From contig CBEUCJ010000001.1 of assembly GCA_965541615.1 (NCBI GenBank), positions 67,754-131,753 on the forward strand: a stretch of DNA of 64,000 nt. The letters run 5' to 3'. The notes beneath the pieces were generated by a model. That model made no database searches. It saw only the letters and a program-made list of their open reading frames with translations, and was not told where the DNA came from. This DNA comes from an uncultured bacterium (GTDB taxonomy: Bacteria; Omnitrophota; Gorgyraeia; Duberdicusellales; CBEUCJ01). This document shows, piece by piece, positions 27,221 to 36,777 of the stretch (the stretch's first letter is position 1; the number at the start of each line of letters is the position of its first letter). Both the position numbers and the translations under genes were made by a program.

Positions 27221-28450
27221 TTGAGCTTTAAGAATTTTCAAAAAACTATGGCAGAACTCAACGTTCTACTCATAATAGGATCATCTATATTAATAAGTTT
27301 GGCAGCAGGAAAATTTATAAATAAATTCAAATTTCCTATGGTAGTTGGATACGTAATTATAGGTGTTATTCTGGGTAAATCTTTCTTAAATCTCTTAAAA
27401 CCTGAAATCGTTGAAAGAACTCATCTTTTAAATGATTTGGCTTTAGGAATCATTGCTTTTATGATAGGAGGAGAATTAAATTTAGTCCGTCTCAGAGAAG
27501 TAGGCAAAGCTATTTTTTTAATAACTCTGTTTGAATCTTTAGGAGCTTTTTTTCTTGTAAGTCTTTCTTCTTATCTTTTAACAAAGAAAATTTCTCTCTC
27601 TTTAATATTAGGAAGCATAGCTTCAGCTACTGCTCCTGCAGCTACAGTTGCAGTAATAAACCAATATAAAGCAAGAGGACCTTTAACAGATACTATATTA
27701 GGAATAGTAGGAAGTGATGATGCTATAGCTTTAATTATCTATTCTTTTGCTTCAAGTTTAGCTTTCCACCTTATAACTCATAACTCTCTTTCATTCTTTG
27801 CTACATTTCTAAATCCTCTTAAAAAAATTCTGCTTTCTATTTTAATAGGAGGAGCTTTAGGATTAAGTTTAAGTTATATTTTAAACAGAATAAAATCCAA
27901 AGAAGAAGGATTTGCTATTACAATGGGAATATTTCTTTTAGGAGAAGGACTCGCTTTAGAGTTTGATCTTTCAGAACTACTTCTTATAATGAGTTTAGCT
28001 TTTGTAGCAAGTAATTTGGCTTTTCGTAAATTTAATCCTGTAATGAATACTTTAAATATTGTAGGCTTTCCTTTAATAAGTGCTTTCTTTTGTTTAGCAG
28101 GAACAAGATTAGATATAAATCTTTTGCCTAAAATAGGGATTTTAGGATTTGTGTATTTAATTGCAAGATTAGTTGGGAAATTCTTTGGAGCTCAATTTGG
28201 AGCGAATTTAGCTTCAGCTCCTAAGGTTATAAAAAAATATGTAGGACTGTGTTTATGGCCTCAAATCGGTGTAGCTGTGGCTTTAGCTATCTTAGTAGAA
28301 AGAGATTTTGGTAAATTAGGAATAGTTGGTCATAATTTAGCTAACATAGCTATAAACATTCTTTTATTTACTACTATATTTACTGAAATAATTGGACCTT
28401 TAGCTACAAAATTTGCTTTAACAAAAGCAAAAGAAATAAAGAGGAAATAA
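27221..28450 (+). CDS. cation:proton antiporter (CPA2/Kef-NapA-like)
   Basis: 409 aa, about 11-12 TM helices. The N-terminal LLIIGSSILISLAAGKFINKFKFPMVVGYVIIGVILG is typical of Na+/H+ exchanger family proteins. Confidence 0.65.
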   Translation: MSFKNFQKTMAELNVLLIIGSSILISLAAGKFINKFKFPMVVGYVIIGVILGKSFLNLLKPEIVERTHLLNDLALGIIAFMIGGELNLVRLREVGKAIFLITLFESLGAFFLVSLSSYLLTKKISLSLILGSIASATAPAATVAVINQYKARGPLTDTILGIVGSDDAIALIIYSFASSLAFHLITHNSLSFFATFLNPLKKILLSILIGGALGLSLSYILNRIKSKEEGFAITMGIFLLGEGLALEFDLSELLLIMSLAFVASNLAFRKFNPVMNTLNIVGFPLISAFFCLAGTRLDINLLPKIGILGFVYLIARLVGKFFGAQFGANLASAPKVIKKYVGLCLWPQIGVAVALAILVERDFGKLGIVGHNLANIAINILLFTTIFTEIIGPLATKFALTKAKEIKRK

Positions 28451-28464
28451 AAAGGAGGCAGAGA

Positions 28465-28803
28465 ATGGAACTTTTGATACTTACTCTTAATAAAGAAGAA
28501 TACTTAGAAAAAATTTTATCTATTCTTATAGAAGCTGGAATCTCTCAAGCTGTTATTTTAGAAAGTGAAGCTTTAGGACATTTTTTAGCTTACAAAGTCC
28601 CTATCTTTGCAGGTTTAAGATACTTAGTAGGAAAGAAAAAATCTCAAAACAAGACTATCTTAGCCTTAATAGAAAACAAAGAAGATTTTTTAAAATTTAA
28701 GAAAATACTCGCAGAGGAAAATATAGATTTCACTGAACCTGGAATGGGTATGATCTTAACCTTACCTGTAAATGAAGTTATCAAACCTTCAAAAGAAATT
28801 TAA
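28465..28803 (+). CDS. P-II-like (DUF190-type) small regulatory protein
   Basis: 112 aa with a predicted beta-alpha-beta-beta-alpha-beta pattern. Position directly after a transporter gene. Confidence 0.35.
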   Translation: MELLILTLNKEEYLEKILSILIEAGISQAVILESEALGHFLAYKVPIFAGLRYLVGKKKSQNKTILALIENKEDFLKFKKILAEENIDFTEPGMGMILTLPVNEVIKPSKEI

Positions 28804-28826
28804 ACTCCTCTAAGTGAAGGTTCCTA
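28801..28826 (+). repeat. 26-bp direct repeat copy 1 (TAAACTCCTCTAAGTGAAGgTTCCTA); copy 2 at 30822-30847
   Basis: Exact match except one base (g/a). Copy 1 overlaps the stop codon of the PII-like gene. Copy 2 contains the GTG start of nfi. Confidence 0.8.
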
Positions 28827-28948
28827 GTTATAGTTATATTTTCAGCTAACCATTATTAAATTTTTGGACCGTTAAAAATTAATTTGACAAAAGAGATTTT
28901 TTTCTTATAAAATATAGTTGAAGAAGTTAGAAACAAAAGGAGGGAAAA

Positions 28949-29305
28949 ATGGCTAAAGTAGCAATTGTATGCAATGGTGCAGAACCTTCTAATATCTTTC
29001 CTCCTCTTATTTTGGGAACGAGTGCGATTGCTTGTGGTGATGAAGTAATTTTGTTTTACACTCCCGGAGGAGCTCCTGCATTAGTAAAAGGTAAACTGGA
29101 AGAGATGAGAGGGAAAAAAGGATTACCTGATCCAGTAGAACTATACCAAGGAATAGTAAAGTTAGGAGGAAAAATTTATGTTTGTGAACTTGCCTTAGAG
29201 GCAAAGGGATTAAAAAAAGAAGACTTCAGAGAAGGAGTGGAGATAATAGGAGCTACTACTTTTATGAATAAAATAAAAGACGCTACCATAACTTTTTCTT
29301 TTTAA
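28949..29305 (+). CDS. DsrE/DsrF-like sulfur-relay family protein
   Basis: 118 aa. AIVCNGAEPSNIFPPLILGTSAIACGDEVILFYT has the DsrE/YchN fold pattern with a conserved Cys. Confidence 0.6.
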   Translation: MAKVAIVCNGAEPSNIFPPLILGTSAIACGDEVILFYTPGGAPALVKGKLEEMRGKKGLPDPVELYQGIVKLGGKIYVCELALEAKGLKKEDFREGVEIIGATTFMNKIKDATITFSF

Positions 29306-29320
29306 TAAGGAGGTGGTAAG

Positions 29321-29545
29321 ATGGCTACAAAATTCTTAGATACTTTAGGGTTAAGATGTCCTCAACCTGTTCTTAAAATAGCAGAGATGGTTCCTCAAAT
29401 GCAACCAGGAGATATTTTAGAAGTAGTAGGTGACTGTCCCAGTTTTGAAAGAGATGTTCGCAGTTGGTGTGAAAGGATGGGGAAAGTTTTGCTTTCAGTA
29501 AAAGATGAAGGAGGTGGAAAAAAAAGAATACAGATACAATTTTGA
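29321..29545 (+). CDS. TusA-like sulfurtransferase
   Basis: 74 aa. LDTLGLRCPQPVLK carries the TusA CPxP motif. Confidence 0.75.
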   Translation: MATKFLDTLGLRCPQPVLKIAEMVPQMQPGDILEVVGDCPSFERDVRSWCERMGKVLLSVKDEGGGKKRIQIQF

Positions 29546-29561
29546 TTAAAAGGAGAGGTCA

Positions 29562-30812
29562 ATGTCAAGAAAGAAAATAATAACCCTTTCCTTCCTTTCT
29601 TTCTCACTTCTTCAAATTCTCCTTCTTACTTTCTTAAACCTACCTTTAAAAAAAGAAATTTATCTGCAGATTTTTTTAGGAGAAACAGTAATTTTTTCTC
29701 TCATAATTTGCCTCCTTTTAATTTTTTTCAAAAAGAAGTATCTTCAACCAGTTAAAAAGATAAATTCTTTATTGACTGAATTTGAAAAGGAGATTGATTT
29801 AAAAAAGAGAATTGAAATCTTTGGAGAAAAAGAGATTAAAGAATTAATAGATAAATTTAATAAATTTCTGGAAGAATTTCAAAAATTAATTGCTCAAGTC
29901 AAATCTGTGGGATGGATAGTTTCTGATTTGATTAACAGTTCAACCTCTACTGCTCAAGAGACTACCTCTGCAGGAAATGAAATTGTAAGAAGTGTAAAAA
30001 ATTTAGTAGACCATATAGAAAAGCAAACTACCGGAGTCAACCATGCTTTAAGTATGGTAGAAGCTATTGCTGTTTCTTCAGATTATTTAATTGGGCAAAG
30101 TAAAGAAACAGAGAAAACAGCGATGGAAATTCAGAGTTTTGTTGAAAAAAGTGGAAAAAATTTAGAAAGCGCTTCTGAGAAGATGGAAAAAATTAATGAA
30201 ATGGTTCTTAATGTAAATAAATCTATAGAAGCTTTATCTGCAAATATAAAAAAGATCACTGAAATCCTTAATGTATTATTACGAATCGCTGATCAAACAA
30301 ACCTTTTAGCTTTAAATGCAGCAATTGAAGCAGCGAGGGCTGGGGAAGCAGGTCGTGGATTTGCAGTAGTAGCTGAAGAAGTAAGGAAGCTCGCTGAAGA
30401 GAGTGCTCAATCTGCATCTCATATTGGAGATTTAATCAAAAATATAGAGAAAGGAAATCAAGCAGTAGTAACATCTGCAAGAGAAGGAGCTGAAGGAATT
30501 AAAGAAGGTATAAACACCTTCTTTAGTATTAAAGATTCCATTTCTCAAGTATTTTCTCTCATTAAAAAATCATATGAAGCTGTGGTAACTATTTCTGAAA
30601 CAATGATTACAACTTCTTCTGGCTTAGACACAATTAGAAAACACTTAGAAGAATCAGCAAAGCTATCTGAAGAAGTAAAGGAAGCTTCCCAGTTAGTTTA
30701 TACTTCTGTTCAACAGCAATCTTCAGCAATGGAAGAACTAACTTCAAACTTTTCTCAGATTTCTTCTATTTACCATTCCCTTGAAGAGTTTTTAGAAAAA
30801 TTCAAAGTTTAA
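29562..30812 (+). CDS. methyl-accepting chemotaxis protein (short sensor region)
   Basis: 416 aa. Two N-terminal TM helices, a HAMP region and the MCP signalling signature [34 protein letters not shown]. Confidence 0.85.
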   Translation: MSRKKIITLSFLSFSLLQILLLTFLNLPLKKEIYLQIFLGETVIFSLIICLLLIFFKKKYLQPVKKINSLLTEFEKEIDLKKRIEIFGEKEIKELIDKFNKFLEEFQKLIAQVKSVGWIVSDLINSSTSTAQETTSAGNEIVRSVKNLVDHIEKQTTGVNHALSMVEAIAVSSDYLIGQSKETEKTAMEIQSFVEKSGKNLESASEKMEKINEMVLNVNKSIEALSANIKKITEILNVLLRIADQTNLLALNAAIEAARAGEAGRGFAVVAEEVRKLAEESAQSASHIGDLIKNIEKGNQAVVTSAREGAEGIKEGINTFFSIKDSISQVFSLIKKSYEAVVTISETMITTSSGLDTIRKHLEESAKLSEEVKEASQLVYTSVQQQSSAMEELTSNFSQISSIYHSLEEFLEKFKV

Positions 30813-30821
30813 AAATAAAAA

Positions 30822-30847
30822 ATCTAAACTCCTCTAAGTGAAGATTC
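30822..30847 (+). repeat. 26-bp direct repeat copy 2 (TAAACTCCTCTAAGTGAAGaTTCCTA)
   Basis: See copy 1. Together the copies bracket about 2 kb carrying the DsrE-like, TusA and MCP genes. Confidence 0.8.
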
Positions 30848-31485
30848 CTAAAAATTTAAATGAAGCCCTCCTCATTCAAAAAAGTTTAAAGAAAAAATTA
30901 AAAATTGTACCTTTAAAAAGAAAGATCCAAAAAATAGCTGGTTTTGATGTGAGTTTCAAAGAAGAGAAAAATATAGGAATAGCGAGTGCATGCGTATTTT
31001 CTTTTCCTGAATTAGAAATCTTAGAAACAAAAACATTAAAGAAAAAAATAGAATTTCCTTACATTCCAGGATTTTTTGCTTTCAGAGAAGCTCCTTTTAT
31101 TAAAGATTTATTTTTCTCTTTAAAAATAAAACCTGACTTACTTATCTTAGACGCTCATGGAACAGCTCATCCTCTTGGGTTTGGTTTAGCTTCTCAAATA
31201 GGAGTGATCTTAAAAATCCCTACTATTGGTTGTGCTAAAAATCCTCTTTATGGAAAGTATAAGATGCCTCCTCCTAAAAAAGGAAGTTTTTCTTATATAT
31301 TTGATAAAGACAATTCTATAATAGGAGCAGTTTTAAGAACAAAAGATAACACTAAACCTGTTTTTGTTTCACCTGGAAATCTAATAGACTTAGATTCCTC
31401 AATAAAAATTGTGCTTTTACTCTGCAAAAAGTTCAGAATCCCAGAACCTCTGAGAATAGCTCATCATTTGACAAAAACTTTATAG
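30838..31485 (+). CDS. nfi: endonuclease V (deoxyinosine 3' endonuclease), GTG start
   Basis: 215 aa. IAGFDVSF, PYIPGFFAFREAPF, LILDAHGTAHPLGFGLASQIGVILKIPTIGCAK match EndoV catalytic motifs (D..., PYIPGxLxFRE, DGxGxxHPR, GVAK). The only in-frame start before the conserved region is GTG at 30838. Confidence 0.8.
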   Translation: MKIPKNLNEALLIQKSLKKKLKIVPLKRKIQKIAGFDVSFKEEKNIGIASACVFSFPELEILETKTLKKKIEFPYIPGFFAFREAPFIKDLFFSLKIKPDLLILDAHGTAHPLGFGLASQIGVILKIPTIGCAKNPLYGKYKMPPPKKGSFSYIFDKDNSIIGAVLRTKDNTKPVFVSPGNLIDLDSSIKIVLLLCKKFRIPEPLRIAHHLTKTL

Positions 31486-31506
31486 AAAGTAATATAATCT
31501 TTAAGG

Positions 31507-32232
31507 ATGCAAGAAGTAAAAATAGGTTGCTGTGGATTCTGTCAAAGTCAAAAAGAGTATTTCAAAAATTTCAGTGTTATAGAATTACAAAATACTTTCT
31601 ACCAACCACCTTTAAAACTCAAAACTGTAGAAAGATTAAGAAAGACAGCTCCTCCTGATTTTGAATTCACTATAAAAGCTTGGCAATTAATTACTCATCT
31701 TCCAAGCTCTCCTACTTACAGAAGACTAAAAGAAAAGATAAAGAATAAAGAAAATTATGGATTTTTTAAACCAACAAAGGAAGTCTTTAAAGCCTTTGAA
31801 AGAATCTTAGAGATAGCTTACATTTTAAAATCTAAAATCATCTTATTTCAAACACCACCAAATTTCAAAGAAGAAAAAGAAAATATAAAAAATATGCAAG
31901 AGTTTTTTAAAAAAGCAGATAAGAATTTTATTTATGTATGGGAAGAAAGAGGCAGATGGAGCAAATCTACTATTAAAAGATTATGTAAAGAATTGAATTT
32001 AATACATTGCACAGATCCTTTTAAAAAACTTCCTTGTTGGGGAGATTTTTATTACTTTAGATTACATGGAAAAACAAGTTATAACTACAAATATACAGAA
32101 CAAGAATTAAGGATGCTTTTAGAATTTATTATTAAAAAGAAAAAAAGTTATGTTATGTTCAATAATGTATACATGAAAGAGTCAGCTTTAAAATTTAAAG
32201 AAATAATTTCAGAAAAATTTTGGAAAAAATAA
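31507..32232 (+). CDS. DUF72 family protein
   Basis: 241 aa. IGCCGF...ELQNTFYQPP...ITH fits the DUF72 pattern (IGTSGW...E.NSTFY). Confidence 0.6.
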   Translation: MQEVKIGCCGFCQSQKEYFKNFSVIELQNTFYQPPLKLKTVERLRKTAPPDFEFTIKAWQLITHLPSSPTYRRLKEKIKNKENYGFFKPTKEVFKAFERILEIAYILKSKIILFQTPPNFKEEKENIKNMQEFFKKADKNFIYVWEERGRWSKSTIKRLCKELNLIHCTDPFKKLPCWGDFYYFRLHGKTSYNYKYTEQELRMLLEFIIKKKKSYVMFNNVYMKESALKFKEIISEKFWKK

Positions 32233-32648
32233 TTTATACTTTAGGAACTTCTAACCGTACACTCACAGAATTCTTAAGAATCCTTAAAAAATACAAAATA
32301 GAATTAGTGTGTGATGTAAGAAGATTTCCTACTTCTAAATTTGAATATTTTAAAAAAGATTCTTTAAAAAAATCTCTTAAAGAACACAATATAGACTATC
32401 TTTGGTTAGGAGACATTTTAGGAGGATTCAGAAAACCAAATTATCAAGAGTACACAAAGACCAAAGATTTTAAAAAAGGAATTGAAAAGATTAAAAGTTT
32501 AGGTAAATCAAAAAAATTATGCATAATCTGCTCTGAAAGACTTTATTTTAAATGTCATAGAAATTTCATTGCAAAGGCATTGTCTAATGAATTTGAAGTA
32601 ATCCATATAATAGAGGAGGATAAAATTGCGTCAGTTAAAAGAAGCTAA
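32220..32648 (+). CDS. DUF488 family protein
   Basis: 142 aa. IYTLGTSNRTLTEFLRILKKYKIELVCDVRRFPTSK is the DUF488 N-terminal pattern. DUF72 and DUF488 genes are frequent neighbours. Confidence 0.6.
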   Translation: MEKIIYTLGTSNRTLTEFLRILKKYKIELVCDVRRFPTSKFEYFKKDSLKKSLKEHNIDYLWLGDILGGFRKPNYQEYTKTKDFKKGIEKIKSLGKSKKLCIICSERLYFKCHRNFIAKALSNEFEVIHIIEEDKIASVKRS

Positions 32649-33651
32649 ATTCTATAGAAAAAGATTAAATAAAAAAGTTGAATGTTATTTATGTGCAAGG
32701 AGGTGTGTAATTCCTGAAGGAAAGACTGGATTTTGCTTTGTTAGAAAAAATATAGATGGAGTTCTTTTCACATTAACTTATGCAAGACTAACTCCTATAA
32801 ATATTTCTCCTATTGAAAGGAAACCTATGTACCATTTTTATCCTGACTCAAAATGGTTATCTGTAGGAAGTTTAGGTTGTAACTTTAGATGTAAAGGATG
32901 TCAAAATTACGAAATAGCTTGCATTACAAAAATAGAAGAAAATCTCTTTAAAACAGAATACATAGAACCTCAAGATTTAGTAAATTTAGCTAAGACTTAC
33001 AAAACCAAAGGAATATCTTTTACTTACAATGAACCTACCATTCAAATAGAGTATATTTTAGAAGTCTCAAAATTAGCTAAATCTCAAGGATTGTTAACTA
33101 ATTGGGTAACTAATGCAAGTATAAATCCTGAAGTCTTAAAAGAAATCATTGATTTTATAGATTCTTATAGAGCTGACATTAAAGGTTTCTCTAAAAATAC
33201 CTATGAAAAAGTAGCAAACTTTACTGAATTCAATGAAATTTTAAAAAATGTAGAATTTGCTTTTAAGAAAGGAGTATGGGTGGAAATAGTTACAAATATA
33301 ATTCCTACTTTAAATGATGACTTAGAAGAATTAAAGAATTTAGCTCTCTGGATAAAAAATAATTTATCTGAAAATGTCCCTTGGCATATAACAAGATTCT
33401 TTCCTTACTTTAAATTAAAAAATCTTTATCCCACTCCTATAAAGACTTTACAAAAAATAAGAGAAATGGCTTTAGAAATCGGTTTAAAGTATGTTTATAT
33501 AGGAAATGTAAATCTTAAAGAAGCTAACAACACTTATTGTCCGAAATGTAAAAGTTTGTTAGTCGAAAGAGATCAAGTATCTGTCATCAAAAATTTTTTA
33601 AGTAAAGGTAAATGTCCAGTTTGCGGGTATGAGATACCAGGAAGATATTAA
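32626..33651 (+). CDS. radical SAM enzyme (PflA/COG1180, AmmeMemoRadiSam-like) with an N-terminal Cys-rich extension
   Basis: 341 aa. CNFRCKGCQN (CxxxCxxC) radical SAM cluster. N-terminal CYLCARRCVIPEGKTGFCFVRKN resembles the TIGR04337-type N-terminus. Confidence 0.7.
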   Translation: MRQLKEAKFYRKRLNKKVECYLCARRCVIPEGKTGFCFVRKNIDGVLFTLTYARLTPINISPIERKPMYHFYPDSKWLSVGSLGCNFRCKGCQNYEIACITKIEENLFKTEYIEPQDLVNLAKTYKTKGISFTYNEPTIQIEYILEVSKLAKSQGLLTNWVTNASINPEVLKEIIDFIDSYRADIKGFSKNTYEKVANFTEFNEILKNVEFAFKKGVWVEIVTNIIPTLNDDLEELKNLALWIKNNLSENVPWHITRFFPYFKLKNLYPTPIKTLQKIREMALEIGLKYVYIGNVNLKEANNTYCPKCKSLLVERDQVSVIKNFLSKGKCPVCGYEIPGRY

Positions 33652-34690
33652 GTTAAATGAATGTGCAGTCTGCAAAGAGAAAAAACTCATTTCTAAAATT
33701 TTAAAAGTATGCAAAGACTGCATAATAGAAAGATTTGACCAAAGCTTAGAGTTTATAAAGAAAGCCCATAACTTTGTAAAAGAAAAATACTCTTTTTGTA
33801 CACAACCTTTAAAGGAAGGAAAATTAAGTTGCAATATGTGTATTAATAATTGTAAGTTTGAAGAAGGTACAAAAAGTATATGTGGATTAAGAGAATTTAA
33901 AAATAATAAGTTAGATGGTCCTGACTCAAAAAATGCAAAACTCTTTTACTATTATGACTTGTTACCCACAAACTGTGTAGCTTCTTTTATCTGTGGAGAA
34001 AATAAATACACAGGTTATAAAAATTTGGCAGTATTTTTTTATGGATGTAGTTTCAATTGCTTATTCTGTCAAAATTCAGATTGGAGAAATATCCCTCATC
34101 ATTATGTAAGTTTAGAAGAATTAGAAAAAGCTGTTGATGAAACTACAAGATGTATATGCTTTTTTGGAGGAGACCCTTCTTGCCAAATTGAATTTCAAAT
34201 AGAGTTTTCTAAAAGGATATTAAGATCTAAAAAAGTCAGAATCTGTTGGGAAACGAATGGTTCTTTTAACCCCAAGTATTTAGACCAAATTATGAAGATA
34301 GCTTTAAAGAGTAAAGGTTGCGTGAAGTTTGATTTAAAAGCTTTTAATAAAAATTTGCATTTTGCTTTATGTGGGGTATCTAATGAATTTACTCTGGAAA
34401 ATTTCAAAAGAGCTTCTTTTTGGACAAAAAAGTATTCAACTTTTCCTCTTTTGGTAGCTTCTACTTTATTGGTCCCAGGTTACATAGATGAATCTGAAAT
34501 AGAAAGTATTGCAAAATTTATAGCTTCTTTAAATAAAGAGATCCCTTATTCTCTGTTAGGGTTTTCTCCTAATTTTTTTATGAAAGATATTGGATTTACT
34601 TCTAAAAATTTTGCTTTAAAATCTTATAGAATCGCCAAAGCTGTAGGGTTAAAGTATGTAAATATTGGAAATACTTTTATTTTGAAATGA
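33629..34690 (+). CDS. second radical SAM enzyme, paralog of the preceding gene
   Basis: 353 aa. CSFNCLFCQN (CxxxCxxC). The N-terminus has three Cys pairs (CAVCKEK...CKDC, CNMCINNC...IC). Overall collinear with the upstream paralog. Confidence 0.7.
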   Translation: MRYQEDIKLNECAVCKEKKLISKILKVCKDCIIERFDQSLEFIKKAHNFVKEKYSFCTQPLKEGKLSCNMCINNCKFEEGTKSICGLREFKNNKLDGPDSKNAKLFYYYDLLPTNCVASFICGENKYTGYKNLAVFFYGCSFNCLFCQNSDWRNIPHHYVSLEELEKAVDETTRCICFFGGDPSCQIEFQIEFSKRILRSKKVRICWETNGSFNPKYLDQIMKIALKSKGCVKFDLKAFNKNLHFALCGVSNEFTLENFKRASFWTKKYSTFPLLVASTLLVPGYIDESEIESIAKFIASLNKEIPYSLLGFSPNFFMKDIGFTSKNFALKSYRIAKAVGLKYVNIGNTFILK

Positions 34691-35583
34691 AATCAGGTTT
34701 TGTAGCTTTAATTGGAAGACCTAATGTAGGGAAATCTACTTTTTTAAATGCTATTTTAGGGAAAAAAGTCTCTATAGTAACTCCTATCCCTCAAACTACA
34801 CGTTACAAAATAAGAGGTATTTACACTGACAACAGAGGGCAAATAGTATTTATAGATACTCCTGGCTTTTACAAACCGCAACATTTTTTAGGAAAGACAC
34901 TCTTTAATTTTATGAAAGATTCTATAAAAGAAGTAGATTTAGTTTTATATATGACAGATGTAACAAGACCTGTTGGTGAAGAAGAGTTAGAAATTATGAA
35001 GATGATAATTAATGAAAATAAAAAAACTATAATGGCTTTAAATAAAATAGATAGAGGCACAGGTTTTAGTAATGATTACATAGAATACTGGAATAAGTTA
35101 ACCAAAGATCTTAAAAAAAATCCCCTTTTATTTTTTGTACCTATTTCAGCTTTAAATAATAAAAATTTAGATAAAATAATAGATATAATTTTTGAAAATT
35201 TAGAAGAAGGCACTTTACTGTACCCTCAAGATATGCTATCAGACTTACCAAAAGAAATAGCTTTTAGTGATATCATAAGAGAAAAATTGTATATGTTCTT
35301 AAAAGATGAGTTGCCACACTCAATTGGAGTAAATATCGAAGAGATGACAGAAAAAAGTGAAAATTTAATGTATATTAAAGCTATTATTTATGTAGAAAAA
35401 CCTTCTCATAAAAAAATAGTTATTGGCAAAGATGGTAGAATTTTAAAAGAAGCTGGAAAATTAGCAAGACAAGAGTTAGAAACTATACTCAATAAAAAAG
35501 TATATTTAGATCTCTGGGTAAAAGTGAAAGAAGACTGGCCTAATAAACCACAGTTTTTAAGAGAACTTGGATATGAAAGTTGA
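34687..35583 (+). CDS. era: GTPase Era
   Basis: 298 aa. GFVALIGRPNVGKSTFLNAILG (G1), DTPG (G3), NKID (G4) and a C-terminal KH domain. Confidence 0.9.
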   Translation: MKSGFVALIGRPNVGKSTFLNAILGKKVSIVTPIPQTTRYKIRGIYTDNRGQIVFIDTPGFYKPQHFLGKTLFNFMKDSIKEVDLVLYMTDVTRPVGEEELEIMKMIINENKKTIMALNKIDRGTGFSNDYIEYWNKLTKDLKKNPLLFFVPISALNNKNLDKIIDIIFENLEEGTLLYPQDMLSDLPKEIAFSDIIREKLYMFLKDELPHSIGVNIEEMTEKSENLMYIKAIIYVEKPSHKKIVIGKDGRILKEAGKLARQELETILNKKVYLDLWVKVKEDWPNKPQFLRELGYES

Positions 35584-36748
35584 AGAAAAAATTTGTCCTT
35601 ACTTTGGTGAGTGTGGTGGGTGTAGTCTCCAAAATATAGAATACTCTGAACAGTTAAACAAGAAAGAACAAAATTTAATTGAATATCTCAAATATTATGA
35701 AGTCTATGAAAAAGTTAAAGAATTTAAACCTTTTGTCCAGTCTCCAAAAATATGGTACTACAGAAATAAAATGGAATTCAGCTTCTCACAGAAAAACAAA
35801 GAACTCATCTTAGGTTTACATAAAAAACAAAGAGTAAAAGAAATAGTAGATATCAAAGAATGTGCTATTTTCTCAACAAGAGCTATGAAAGTAGCTAGAA
35901 AACTTTTAGAGCTTTTTAATAAAGAAGGGTATTCAGCTTATGATGTATTTAAAAGAAAGGGGTTTTTAAGGCACTTAGTTTTAAGAGAAACCAAATTCAC
36001 CCAAGAATTAATGATAAATATTGTGACTACTTCTGCTAAAGAACTGGATAAAGAAAAAATTTTAAAGATATTACAAGAAGATATTGATTCTGGTTACGTA
36101 AAATCTGTATACCATACTGTGAATGATTCAGCTTCAGATGCAGTTATTTTTGAAAAATGTTCTTTATTGGCAGGCAGAGAGTACATTATTGAAAAATTAG
36201 ATGACTTATACTTTAAAATCTATCCTGAAAGTTTCTTTCAAACTAACTCTGAATGTGTTCTGCTTTTGTATAAGAATGCTCAAAAGTATTCAGATTTTGA
36301 TAGAGAAAAAAACGTTTTGGATTTATATTGTGGAGCAGGAGTGCTTTCTTTGTTTTTGGCAAAAAACTCAAAAAAAGTAAAAGGTGTAGAAATAGTAGAA
36401 AAAGCAGTCTTAAATGCATTTGAAAATGCAGAATTAAACAAAATAAAAAACACTGAATTCATACAAGGAGATGTAGCAAAAATTCTTTACTTTAAAAGAG
36501 AAGATTTCAAAAACACAGAGTTAGTGGTGTGTAATCCCCCAAGAGCAGGAATGAGTAAAAAAGTTTTGAGAAGAATATTTGATATAAATCCTAAATATAT
36601 AATTTACATCTCATGCAACCCAAAGACTTTAGCTGAAAATCTTTACCAGATAAAAGAAAAAATAAATATAAGATTCATTGAGCCCTATGATTTCTTCCCT
36701 CACACTCTGCATTTAGAGACTTTAGCATTCTTAGAAGTGTTGAAGTAA
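35567..36748 (+). CDS. 23S rRNA (uracil-5-)-methyltransferase RlmD/RumA family
   Basis: 393 aa. N-terminal 4-Cys cluster CPYFGECGGCSLQ, SAM motif I DLYCGAGVLSLFLA and catalytic-region motif VVCNPPRAGM. Confidence 0.8.
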   Translation: MDMKVEEKICPYFGECGGCSLQNIEYSEQLNKKEQNLIEYLKYYEVYEKVKEFKPFVQSPKIWYYRNKMEFSFSQKNKELILGLHKKQRVKEIVDIKECAIFSTRAMKVARKLLELFNKEGYSAYDVFKRKGFLRHLVLRETKFTQELMINIVTTSAKELDKEKILKILQEDIDSGYVKSVYHTVNDSASDAVIFEKCSLLAGREYIIEKLDDLYFKIYPESFFQTNSECVLLLYKNAQKYSDFDREKNVLDLYCGAGVLSLFLAKNSKKVKGVEIVEKAVLNAFENAELNKIKNTEFIQGDVAKILYFKREDFKNTELVVCNPPRAGMSKKVLRRIFDINPKYIIYISCNPKTLAENLYQIKEKINIRFIEPYDFFPHTLHLETLAFLEVLK

Positions 36749-36777
36749 TTGAAATTTTATGGTAATTTTAAAGTATT

